A stretch of 64,000 nucleotides of DNA from Macrostomum lignano. Its lineage: Eukaryota. The notes beneath the pieces were generated by a model, which was not told the DNA's origin, ran no database searches, and saw nothing but the letters and a program-made list of their open reading frames with translations. The position numbers were made by a program, and so were the translations under genes. The stretch is from NCBI GenBank assembly GCA_002269645.1, contig NIVC01001033.1, positions 13,487 to 77,486 of the forward strand, read 5' to 3'. Below are positions 11,570-35,325 of this stretch, piece by piece (the stretch's first letter is position 1; the number at the start of each line of letters is the position of its first letter).

Positions 11570-13450
11570 TCTCTGTTCTCATTCTCTCACCTATATTCTC
11601 ATTGGCATTCTCTCACCTCCTATCTCCTTCTTTCACCTCTATTCTTCTTCTATCACCTCTATTCTCATTCGTTCACCTTTACTCTCATTCTATCACCTCT
11701 ATTCTCATTCTGTTACCTCTATTCTCATTCTGTCACCTCTATTCTTTTTTGTCACCTCTATTCTCATTCTCTCACCTCTATTCTCATTCTGTTACCTCTA
11801 TTCTCATTCTGTTACCTCTATTCTCATTCTCTCACCTCTATTCTCATTCTGTCACCTCTATTCTCATTCTCTCACCTCTATTCTCATTCTGTCACCTCTA
11901 TTCTCATTCGTTCACCTTTACTCTCATTCTATCACCTCTATTCTCATTCTGTTACCTCTATTCTCATTCTGTCACCTCTATTCTCATTCTCTCATCTCTA
12001 ATCTCATTTTATTACCTCTATTCTCATTCTCTCACCTCTATTCTCATTCTGTCACCTCTATTCTCATTCTCTCACCTCTATTCTTCTTCTATCACCTCTA
12101 TTCTCATTCTGTCACCTCTATTCTCATTCGTTCACCTTTACTCTCATTCTATCACCTCTATTCTCATTCTGTTACCTCTATTCTCATTCTGTCACCTCTA
12201 TTCTTTTTTGTCACCTCTATTCTCATTCTCTCACCTCTATTCTCATTCTGTTACCTCTATTCTCATTCTGTTACCTCTATTCTCATTCTATCACCTCTAT
12301 TCTCATTCTCTTACCTCTATTCTCATTCTGTCACCTCTATTCTCATTCTCTCACCTCTATTCTCATTCTGTCACCTCTATTCTCATTCTCTCACCTCTAT
12401 TCTCATTCTGTCACCTCTATTCTCATTCTGTCACCTCTATTCTCATTCTCTCATCTCTATTCTCATTCTCTCACCTTTATTCTCATTCTCACCTCTATTC
12501 TCATTCTGTTACCTCTATTCTCATTCTGTCACCTCTATTCTCATTCTCTCATCTCTATTCTCATTCTCTCACCTTTATTCTCATTCTCACCTCTATTCTC
12601 ATTCTCTCATCTTTATTCTCATTCTCACCTCTATTCTCATTCTGTTACCTCTATTCTCATTCTGTCACCTCTATTCTCATTCGTTCACCTTTACTCTCAT
12701 TCTATCACCTCTATTCTCATTCTGTTACCTCTATTCTCATTCTGTCACCTCTATTCTCATTCTCTCATCTCTAATCTCATTTTATTACCTCTATTCTTAT
12801 TCTATCACCTTTATTCTCATTCTCTCACCTCTATTCTCATTCTCTCACCTCTATTCTCATTCTGTCACCTTTATTCTCATTCTCTCACCTCTATTTTCAT
12901 TCTCTCACCTATATTCTCATTCTCTCACCTTTATTCTCATTCTCTCACCTCTATTCTCATTCTCTCATCTCTAATCTCATTTTATTACCTCTATTCTCAT
13001 TCTCTCACCTCTATTCTCATTCTCTCACCTATATTCTCATTATATCACCTTTATTCTCATTCTCTCACCTCTATTCTCATTCTCTCACCTTTATTCTCAT
13101 TCTCACCTCTATTCTCATTCTCACCTCTATTCTCATTCTATCACCTCTATTCTCATTCTCTCACCTCTATTCTCATTCTGTCACCTTTATTCTCATTCTC
13201 TCACCTCTATTCTCATTCTCTCACCTATATTCTCATTCTCTCACCTTTATTCTCATTCTCTCACCTCTATTCTCATTCTCTCATCTCTAATCTCATTTTA
13301 TTACCTCTATTCTCATTCTCTAACCTCTAATCTCATTTTATTACCTCTATTCTCATTCTCTAACCTCTAATCTCATTTTATTACCTTTATTCTCATTGAC
13401 ATTCGTTCGCCTCTATTTTTATTCTCTCACCTCTATTCTCAGTTTCTCAC
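11570..13450. repeat. 20-bp pyrimidine-rich minisatellite (CACCTCTATTCTCATTCT[G/C]T)
   Basis: A ~1.9-kb tandem array. It explains the SHLY/SPLF ORFs. Confidence 0.95.
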
Positions 13451-14139
13451 ATTCATTCTCTACTTTAAAAAATATTAATTCTGTCTTCAATTTCTACCTG
13501 CCCCTCTCTCTTGTCAAGTGAAGTAGACAAGACACTCAGATCTAATTTAGCAGGCTATAGCGAGTTTCAGGTGATTCACCAATTGAGCACGTTTCTGCTT
13601 TTGTGTTGTTTTTAGTTTCTTAGCGTCTTCGAGCTGCGGCATGTTATTCTATATGATATGCTCCAATTATCCAGCTGCCAGACACTCATCAGTCATCACT
13701 CCTTACTTTATCAGGTGTCGAGTTTTGGTACCTGGGCTGTTTTTCTACTATAGCTTACTTTCGGGGCATTCATTATTTCTTAGTTATAAATTAAAGCTTA
13801 AACGTAGTGGTTACGTTTTCCAGGGGGTTTTCCTATTTGTTTACACAGCGCAAAATATAGTACTGAGAGCTCAGTGTGTTTGTTCTAAAAGTAAGGCATG
13901 CTTGGTTGGCAAATGCTCAAACAAAGCGACTATAGTAAGTAAACATTCGAGCATAAAGATCGCCAAGGAGATCTGGAAAGAGAATTTGGAGCGGGCACTC
14001 ATTCATCTATGGATAATTTATGTGAATGCGTTTGATCCAGTTTATGGATTTAGAGTTCAGGAAAATGGTAATTGAAGACTGTCAAAACGAACACATCAAT
14101 TGGTGCTTTAAATCTTTAATGAGGAAGGGAACAGTTCAT

Positions 14140-14430
14140 AGAATATAGACCGTAAGGCCATTGACTATAGACCGTAAGGCCATAAACTATAAACCATAGA
14201 CTATAGACCGTAGACCATAGACTTTAAACTATTGACTAATCTATTGACCGTAGATCATAGACTATTGACCGTAGGCCATAGACTATTGACTGTAGGCCAT
14301 AGAAAATAGACCGTAAGGCCATTGACTAAAGACCGTAGGTCATAGACTATGAACAATAGACTATAGACCGTAGGCCATAGACTCTTAGCCATAGACGATA
14401 TATATTCCATCGACCATCATAGACCATAGA
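14140..14430. repeat. Degenerate ATAGAC(C/T)-based tandem repeat
   Basis: Recurrent ATAGACCGTAGGCCATAGACT units. Confidence 0.8.
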
Positions 14431-14848
14431 CCATATTATAACTCGCAGTTGCCTATGCCTAACTCAATAACTCAATATAACTCAATTGTTGTGTACCGTC
14501 ACTCGGTCAAGTTAGTTTTCCATAGACTAAATGCGTAAACTGCATATATCTAGCGACGTTAAAGTCACATTCAATCGTGCTAATGATTTATTTTTTCTTG
14601 TCCGGCTTTTCTTTCGTCCCAAAATTGTCTGCGACAAAATCCTATTTATTTCTGTGCATCTTGTTTAGAGCCGACACAATAGGTACAATGATTAAATTCA
14701 AAAAACTTTTAGACCAACACTGTCAGTTGTGACGAATGGAAAAAAATCTAAAAATTAAGCACTCCAAATTCTCTGTTGAAGGCCTCCTTGGCAGGGAGCG
14801 CCAGCTAAGCTCAAGGAAAACAGACCAGTCGCTCCGGAGCTGAACTGG

Positions 14849-14922
14849 AAGAGGAGAGAGAATGGCAAAGCTGTATAGTACTCATAAGAGGAGAGAGAAT
14901 GGCAAAGCTGTATAGTACTCAT
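14849..14922. repeat. Perfect 37-bp tandem duplication
   Basis: AAGAGGAGAGAGAATGGCAAAGCTGTATAGTACTCAT occurs twice. Confidence 0.9.
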
Positions 14923-15293
14923 AAGCATGTGCAGGGGCGTCTGCGGTAGGAAAAATTCCTAGTGTCAATCTTTGCCTGGGAGAGGCCCTCCGAGGCCAGC
15001 CTATAATACACTTGTGTCTTGCTATACCGTCTCCATGGCAACTTTCTACTGTAATTTTCACCCCTCTACCCTCACAGTCCTCGCTCGCTCCCCCAGTCTC
15101 AAGTCCTGCTTCTCTCACACCTGGCCAATCAATGGGGTAGCATTGTATTATACAGACCTAAAGCTATTAAAATTCTAACCAGGTATATACTGTATATACC
15201 CAGACTCAGAGCTTTTCAAACTTAATATTCTTCTATTTGTAACTTTATTTGGCATTAATTATTATTGTTGAATAATAATAATAACGATCAACG

Positions 15294-27148
<11,855 letters not shown>

Positions 27149-27862
27149 ATAAATGCGCACCGACCAATCAGAGAGCGTCTAGAGCGATGACGTCATACAG
27201 CGGAGTGAGGTGGTTGACTGCCAGAACCAATGAGCGTTGACTTATTTGTGAATCGTGATATTTAACATTATTAACATCGATTTTCATTACCAAATTATCC
27301 TACTTAGACCATAAGCAAGCACTGTTTTTATTTAAACATGGAAAAATCAATACACTTTTTTTCATGCTTCTACTGTGTCCAAAACCAAGGCAACAAATTA
27401 TTAATATTAATTTTTATCGCTAGCTAATTCAAATCAATACTGTTTTTTTTCGCGTTTGCTGACTGTGTCAAGAACTAACTACTATAAATATTATCCCTAT
27501 AGTTATCAAATATTTATCTTGTAGCTGAAAATAATTTTTTTTCTTTTTTCCCATCGACAGCATGTTAGCTACTATCGTTTTTATTAGTTATTGAGATTTT
27601 TTACTTTTTAGAGGATAAAAATCGCCTCAATTTTTGCTTTCTCCTTAAAATTTTTATGAATCCATACCATATTAATATACAGAAAAATATATATTATATA
27701 ATTTACTACAATAGTATATTAATGAAAATATGATGTTAATTCGTTATTATACAAATCTAAATATACTAAAAATATTAATAGCAATAGATTTGTTTGTTTA
27801 TTTTATACCTCAAAAAAGCACCACCTCTTTTATGAGCTTTGATACAGCTCGCAGTTTAAAAA

Positions 27863-27896
<34 letters not shown>

Positions 27897-28679
27897 TAAC
27901 TTTCGGCCCTTTAACTTTCTAATCGTCAGGGATGGTACTATTTACCAACATATAATGCAAACGAGACGTAAAAGCATGGCAAAACTGGATTTTGTTAACC
28001 AAATACGTCTATCAGTTATCCATATAGACATAAGTCAACAGGTTTTTTTTTGTCCTGGAAAATTTGGAATTATCCATTTACGGGATGTTAAGCTACATCT
28101 TCATGTACATGGATTTCTCAATAAAGGAGTCTGAAAAGGAAGCGAAGCTGTGTAATTAAGACAAATTTACGTCACTTTCGATGGATGAAAATTCATAATT
28201 TACAATGGTAGACTGTGTTGTATTGCGCTCGATTTTTAACATTTACATTTCACCCAGAAACAATGGCAATCGCTTGGTTGGGCCATTATTCCTCAGTCAC
28301 TTACCGATGTACATTTACCCTATCCCTATGTACAAATGTCATCACTTAACTGCTTACTTATTTTTCTTATCGATCCACCCGTCCTCAATCTTTAAATTGG
28401 CGTGAAAAGGAGTTAGGAATAGTTACGAGCTACAATACAATTTACCGGCCAATGAGCAATGGCCGGATTGCCATCCTTTCAAACCTATTTTATCCTAATG
28501 CAAATAAAAAGAGCGGTGGATCGATAATAAAAGTTGGAAAGCAGTGTCACGTGATGAAAATTGTACATAGGTTAATGTACATCTGGGTGCAACTAATGGC
28601 CAAAACTAGTCACCATTTTGTTTGGTTGAAATTATACGTACAACATGGAAAAGAGGGTTTATGAGAATTTCCCGTGAGA

Positions 28680-29258
28680 TTTGCCCGCAATGCTTTTTTT
28701 CTTGCAGCGCATTTGGCAGCTAGATTATTTATTTATTTTTATTAGAGGCAGGGGGGTTTGTGTGCACCCTGGCGCACTTTAAGCGACATCAACACACAAC
28801 CGGCGAGAGGCATTACTGCCCATTCCGCCGATTCCCCTGAGCAGGCATACAAGCGCGCGGATACGTACGCAGGCACACACTCACACAGGAGTGCACAGCG
28901 GCCCTAACTTTATATTATCGTTAGGCATGTACACTTCACTGCGCCTTGGGGGGTTGGCTCTCAAGGCCGTTAATTGCACGAGAAGAGCCAAGCCGAGATT
29001 CCAATTCAGCCCCAAATTAATGTGACTGCATTTGGAATCGAGCCTGGGTCGCAGGCACACCAGAGCAGCTGCGCTACCGCTGGGCTACGGCCCCCCTTGG
29101 CAGCTAGATTCTGTCTGCATTGCCCCCCCGCCCCCCAAAAAAAGCATTTGATATGCAGTTACTATTAAACCGTGTTGATCATGTAGATCTCTCTATTAAG
29201 ATTTAATTACTAAGCATTGGGGAGGCAATGCGCTGCAGAAAAAATGCATTGCGGGCAA
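28680..29258. mobile_element. MITE-like inverted-repeat element hosting a SINE insertion
   Basis: GCCCGCAATGCTTTTTTTCTTGCAGCGCATT (28683-28713) is an imperfect inverted repeat of AATGCGCTGCAGAAAAAATGCATTGCGGGC (29226-29255). Confidence 0.65.
28727..29096 (-). mobile_element. tRNA-derived SINE, family 1, copy B
   Basis: Full-length, with an (ATTT)n tail at 28727-28742 and a perfect 14-bp TSD TTGGCAGCTAGATT (28713-28726, 29097-29110). Confidence 0.92.
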
Positions 29259-29589
29259 AATTAAAATTATTACTTTTCGCTCCAGGTGCACACTTTATAG
29301 GACTCCATGGTAGGACAGCTCTCTGGCATCGCAATCAGCTGCTTGGAGAAGCTTTGGAGAATATTTGAGAATGCATTAAGCAGGTGTTAAGCCAAATACG
29401 ACAGAACTCGTGTTGACTTAATTCCGTATTAACGTATTAACACGGTTCTGATCACAGAATAAACAGCCAAAAACCAGCTATATTGCCTGCTGAGAAAGCT
29501 AATTACACAGACTATATAAAGCTGTGAAAAATCTTTGTTATAGAAAACGATTCGAAAACTAAATGCAAAATCAACCGGTTGAATCGCTA

Positions 29590-30332
29590 ATGGATTTCAG
29601 AATTCAAAAAATTTTAACATTGACCAGTCTGCTCAGCAGTCTGCTGACAGTGTGGGCTCAGCCGTGCCCAGCTCCGTTCAGCCTCGAGGCCGGCAGATGC
29701 TTGTTCGTGAGCACAGCTCAGAGCCACAGCTGGTGCTCAGCAAATCGTCAGTGTGCATCAATGGGAGGCGAGCTGCTCAACTCGTACAGCTCACTGCAGC
29801 TGCTGGGCAGCATTCTGAGACTGAACTGCCACTGCAACATCTGGCTGGGAGTGGCTGACCTGGCCGATGAGAGAAACACAAGCAAGTCGGGCTGGCAGCT
29901 GGTCAACGGCAAAAGCCTGCTGCCTGACAATGACTCGCTATGGTATGGCGGTGATCCAAACGGTAATAGAAAAGAAAACTGCATTGCTCAGTATAGCGCC
30001 CACTATGGAAAGCTTGTTGACATTGACTGCTCCGTTCTGGCTGGATTCGTCTGCGAGTTCGTAGCAGATGCAGCTCCGCCTCAGCCTCGTGGAAGCGAAC
30101 TCCGTTCAAGCGCACCAGCTCCAACCCCAGCACGGATTACTGCCGCACTGACCTGCTGCAGGTGGCCAACTCACTCGAGTGCATGGCGGCTGCTATGAAC
30201 TCCAGAAGTTACTGCCGACATGTGCTGTACAACAGCAGGCTGAAAACCTGCCGCCTGCTGCTGTTCACCGACGCTCAGGTGGAGGCGGAGATCAAGACGA
30301 GCGCCGACTGGGTCAAGTTCAGCGTGTACTGA
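29590..30332 (+). CDS. Secreted C-type lectin domain + C-terminal PAN/Apple-like Cys domain; one frameshift near 30090 (pseudogene or sequence error)
   Basis: Signal peptide MDFRIQKILTLTSLLSSLLTVWA, then a CTLD (CPAPF..GRCLF..W..A...C; WLG; W..GDPN..ENC; DIDC..FVCE). A second Cys-patterned domain (YCRTD..ECMAAAM..YCRHVLYN..TCRLLLFTDA..WVKF) lies in the shifted frame and ends at TGA 30330-30332. Confidence 0.75.
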
Positions 30333-30389
30333 GCCGTTTTAGAATTTTCTTTGCTTTTGACATTTCCTTTCATTTGCTTCCTTCTCTTA

Positions 30390-30700
30390 CTTCTTCCCTC
30401 GTCTCTCTTCTCTTTCCTCTTCTATCCCCTCTTCACTCTCCTCTCTTCTCTATCCTCTTCTCTCCTCTCTCTCTCCTCTCTTTCCTCTCCTCTGTCCCCT
30501 TTCTTCTCTGCACTCTCCTCTTTCCACTCTCCTTTCCTATCTATATTCTCTCTCTCCTCTCCCCTCCCCTCTCTCCCCTCTCTCCTCTCTCCACTCTCCT
30601 CTCTTTTTTTCTCTCCTCTCCCTCTCCACTCACCCCTTTTCTCTCATCTTCTATCTCCTCTCTCATAACTCATCTATTCACTCTGCTTTCCACTCTCATC
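30390..30700. repeat. CT-rich low-complexity tract
   Basis: Polypyrimidine run; source of the spurious L/S/P ORFs. Confidence 0.9.
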
Positions 30701-31183
30701 TTACCCACCACTGGCGTAGAGAAAGGAAATGTGTTCGAAGTCATAGCTTCGCTACTTTAAGTAGTAACTGTCGATTAGGTCTACGAGCTATTTATTTCTA
30801 TTTATTTGTATCTATACTTTCCTTTAAAGTTTTTTCTATGAAATCTAAATGCTATTTAACCAGATCTATACGATTAACAAACTTGAGTTATCTTCCTCGT
30901 ATACTTTGTTTCAAATTGCACTGCTGCTTTTAAACGTCATCAATTTAAAAAAAACAATTTTTTAAGTTGAATTCTACACCGGAGCCTATCTTTGCTATTG
31001 AAAGTAGTAACTTATCCATCTAAACGGCCTGACTACACGTCAGATATAAATATATACAAATAAAACTTTCCTATTGTATTTTGTTTCCATTATTATTCGG
31101 TATTTTTTAGTAAACTTGTCTTTCACTAAATTATAAATGCTTTTAAAACATACTTTAATGCACCAGAAGATGTCTATCTAAAC

Positions 31184-31225
31184 CAGGGGTCGGCGAACTG
31201 CGGCCCGCGGACCACATGCTGCCTC
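31184..31225 (+). mobile_element. Solo hAT-type transposon terminus
   Basis: CAGGGGTCGGCGAACTGCGGCCCGCGG resembles hAT (Charlie/Buster-type) TIR and subterminal sequence. No partner end was found. Confidence 0.5.
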
Positions 31226-31274
31226 CTGTGATACTTTACAATAGCAATCCGACCCCGCTCAATGTTCATGTCTC

Positions 31275-31790
31275 TCTTCAGCTCTCTCTTCTCTCCTCCT
31301 CTCCTCTCTTCCCTCTCCTCTCCCCTCTCTCCTCTCCTTTCTCCCTTCTCTCCCGCTCCCCTCTCTCCTCTCCCCTCTCCTTTCTCCCTTCTCTCCCGCT
31401 CCCCTCTCATCTCCCCTCCCCTCTCTCCTCTCTCTCCCGCTCCCCTCTCATCTCCCCTCCCCTCTCTCCTCTCTCTCTCCCCCTCACCTCTCTTCTCCCC
31501 CTCTCTCTTCTCCCCTCTCCTTTCTCCCTTCTCTCCCGCTCCCCTCTCTCCTCTCCCCTCTCCTTTCTCCCTTCTCTCCCGCTCCCCTCTCATCTCCCCC
31601 TCCCCTCTCTCCTCTCTCTCCCCCTCACCTCTCTTCTCCCCTTTCTCCCCTCCCCTCTCTTTTTTCGCCTCTCCTTTCTTCCCTCTTCTCTCCCTTCTCA
31701 TCTCTCTCCCTCTCCCCTTTCCTCTTCCACTCCGCTCTCTCCCTTCTCCTTTTTTTCTCTCGTCTCTCCCCTTCTCTCCTCTTATCTTCT
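31275..31790. repeat. CT-rich low-complexity tract with an internal duplication
   Basis: Polypyrimidine tract with repeated CTCCCTTCTCTCCCGCTCCCCTCT blocks. Confidence 0.9.
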
Positions 31791-32554
31791 CATCTTATTA
31801 TAAACTGTAAAACGTAATTTTGACCACAAAAACAGGGTTACCCTTTTAGTCAACAAAAATTTCCTTTCACAAGTTGTCTTTCTACTTTAGATGTCCTTGA
31901 CTCACACACAGCCCACACACAGCCCACACACACACACATGTACATATTATAAATCTGCTTCAATCAGAATTGAGTTCCAAATAGCTTAAAACTCACTGAC
32001 ACCAGCGCACACTGTACTCACCAAACAAAGTCAACCCTGCTCAGATTCAGCTCAATCTCTGCACATAATTGGCCCTGATTTCTTTTCGGCTCCCAAATTA
32101 CCAGAATAAATCCCCCGGGCAATTGCTGAGCAAAGTTTGCTGCCTGAGAGCAATATAATTTGGATAAGGGTTGACTCATGCCTATAGAAAGATAAATCAA
32201 AACTTCAAGCTGGAGGGCTGACTCACATTTGGAATAAGCTTTGCATCGGCTGAGCAAGCTGTTTAAGTCATCCACTTAAGTTGGCTGGGTTGGTCGGCTC
32301 TGTATAGTATCCATAGAGAATCTTATCTGTACGAATTGATCCCCACGAGCGGAGTGAGGCAAGATCTGAATTGTAATAAATAAATTTGCTAGTTAAACTG
32401 CTTATACAGCTCCGATGTTTTTGCCTTTCTGACCTCTCTTAACGACTAGCGACAAGGTATGTACGAAGTACCTAAGCTAACGGTAATAGTGAGAAATTCG
32501 AATGATATAGATTTGAAAACAGACGAAGAGATGGGATGGGGATGGGGAAGTGGA

Positions 32555-35044
32555 TATGCAGAGATGGGGACAGTGAGAGGGAGAGGGAGTGAGAGGGAGA
32601 GGGAGTGAGAGGGAGAGGGAGTGAGAGGGAGAGGGAGTGAGAGGGAGAGGGAGTGAGAGGGAGAGGGAGTGAGAGGGAGAGGGAGTGAGAGGGAGAGAGA
32701 GTGGGAGGGAGAGAGAGGGAGAGGGAGAGGGAGTGAGAGGGAGAGGGAGTGAGAGGGAGAGGGAGTGGGAGGGAGAGGGAGGGAGAGGGAGAGGGAGTGA
32801 AAGGGATGCAGAGTGAAGGCGACAGAGTGAGGGAGACAGAGTGAGGGAGAATGAGTGAGGGACACAGAGTGAGGGAGACAAAGTGAGGGAGACAGAGTGA
32901 GGGAGAATGAGTGAGGGAGAATGAGTGAGGGAGAATGAGTGAGGGAGAATGAGTGAGGGAGACAGAGTGAGGGACACAGAGTGAGGGAGACAAAGTGAGG
33001 AAGACAGAGTAAGGGAGACAAAGTGAGGAAGACAGAGTGAGGGAGACAAAGTGAGGAAGACAGAGTGAGGGAGACAGAGTGAGGGAGAATGAGTGACGGA
33101 GACAGAGTGAGGGAGAATGAGTGAGGGAGACAGAGTGAGAGAGAATAAGTGAGGGAGACAAAGTGGGGGAGACAAAGTGAGGGAGACAGAGTGAGGGAGA
33201 ATGAGTGAGGGAGACAGAGTGAGGGAGACAGAGTGACGGAGACAGAGTGACGGAGACAGAGTGAGGGAGACAGAGTGAGGGAGAATGAGTGAGGGAGACA
33301 GAGTGAGGGAGACAGAGTGAGGGAGACAGAGTGAGGGAGAATGAGTGAGGGAGACAGAGTGAGGGAGACAGAGTGACGGAGACAGAGTGACGGAGACAGA
33401 GTGAGAGAGAATAAGTGAGGGAGACAAAGTGAGGGAGACAAAGTGAGGGAGACAAAGTGAGGGAGACAGAGTGAGGGAGAATGAGTGAGGGAGAATGAGT
33501 GAGGGAGAATGAGTGAGGGAGAATGAGTGAGGGAGACAGAGTGAGGGACACAGAGTGAGGGAGACAAAGTGAGGAAGACAGAGTAAGGGAGACAAAGTGA
33601 GGAAGACAGAGTGAGGGAGACAGAGTGAGGGAGAATGAGTGACGGAGACAGAGTGAGGGAGAATGAGTGAGGGAGACAGAGTGAGAGAGAATAAGTGAGG
33701 GAGACAAAGTGGGGGAGACAAAGTGAGGGAGACAGAGTGAGGGAGAATGAGTGAGGGAGACAGAGTGAGGGAGACAGAGTGACGGAGACAGAGTGACGGA
33801 GACAGAGTGAGAGAGAATAAGTGAGGGAGACAAAGTGAGGGAGACAAAGTGAGGGAGACAGAGTGAGGGAGAATGAGTGAGGGAGACAGAGTGAGGGAGA
33901 CAGAGTGACGGAGACAGAGTGACGGAGACAGAGTGAGAGAGAATAAGTGAGGGAGACAAAGTGAGGGAGACAAAGTGAGGGAGACAAAGTGAGGGAGACA
34001 GACAGAGACAGACAGAGACAGACAGAGACAGACAAACAGAGACAGACAGACAGAGGCAGACAGGCAGACAGACAGAGACAGACAGAGACAGACAGAGACA
34101 GACAGAGACAGACAGAGACAGACAGACAGAGACAGACAGAGGCAGACAGAGACAGACAGACAGAGACAGACAGACAGAGACAGACAGACAGACAGAGACA
34201 GACAGACAGAGACAGACAGACAGAGACAGACAGACAGAGACAGACAGACAGAGACAGACAGAGACAGACAGACAGAGACAGACAGACAGACAGAGACAGA
34301 CTGAGACAGACTGAGACAGACAGAGACAGACAGAGACAGACAGACAGACAGAGACAGGCAGAGACAGACAGACAGACAGAGACAGGCAGAAACAGACAGA
34401 CTGAGACAGACTGAGACAGACAGAGACAGACAGAGACAGACAGACAGAGACAGACAGGCAGACAGACAGAGACAGACAGAGACAGACAGAGACAGACAGA
34501 GACAGACAGAGACGGACAGACAGAGACAGACAGAGGCAGACAGAGACAGACAGAGACAGACAGACAGAGACAGACAGAGACAGACAGAGACAGACAGACA
34601 GAGACAGACAGAGACAGACAGAGACAGACAGAGACAGACAGAGACAGACAGACAGACAGAGACAGACAGATGCAGACAGAGACAGACAGAGACAGACAGA
34701 CAGAGACAGACAGAGGCAGACAGAGACAGACAGAGACAGACAGACAGAGACAGACAGAGGCAGACAGAGACAGACAGAGACAGACAGACAGAGACAGACA
34801 GAGACAGACAGAGACAGACAGACAGAGACAGACAGAGACAGACAGAGACAGACAGACAGAGACAGACAGAGGCAGACAGAGACAGACAGAGACAGACAGA
34901 GACAGACAGACAGAGACAGACAGAGACAGACAGAGACAGACAGAGACAGACAGACAGAGACAGACAGAGACAGACAGAGACAGACAGACAGAGACAGACA
35001 GAGACAGACAGAGACAGACAGAGACAGACAGAGGCAGACAGACA
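32555..35044. repeat. Compound purine-rich satellite: (GAGGGAGAGGGAGT)n -> (GAGGGAGACAGAGT)n -> (GACAGAGACA/GACA)n
   Basis: A 2.5-kb array. It explains the 877-902-aa LSLSVC ORFs. Confidence 0.95.
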
Positions 35045-35325
35045 GCAGCCGAGATGACGCGAGATGGCAAGGGGAGCACGAACTGTGGTTGGCGCAGGCT
35101 GTGGCAGAAACGGAGGCTTCACTTTCGTCTTTCGTCCAATCAAGTCTGAGAGTTGTCTGACTCAGCTGTGCTAATTTCAACAGTATTTATGTAGCTACAT
35201 TGATACCCAACAAACAACGCTCCAATTTTGCAGCCCTCCTTTTGACATTTGAAATTTGAAATTTTCGATAGTCAAATACTTAATCCAAAAACTAGGCCAA
35301 AAATGCTGAGCCAACAACCCGCTAG

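Noticed and set aside
11555-12774. 148- and 390-aa SHLY/SPLF ORFs
   Set aside because: Stop-free translation of a pyrimidine-rich satellite; no domain content.
32018-32275. 85-aa minus-strand ORF with Cys/Trp spacing faintly like a lectin
   Set aside because: No convincing motif or splice structure.
32410-32457. AG...GTATGT-bounded segment as the first exon of the Ig gene
   Set aside because: All three frames contain stops, and I could not phase it with 35043-35180 or the Ig exon.
32446-35180. 877-902-aa LSLSVC ORFs
   Set aside because: Artefacts of the GA/GACA satellite.
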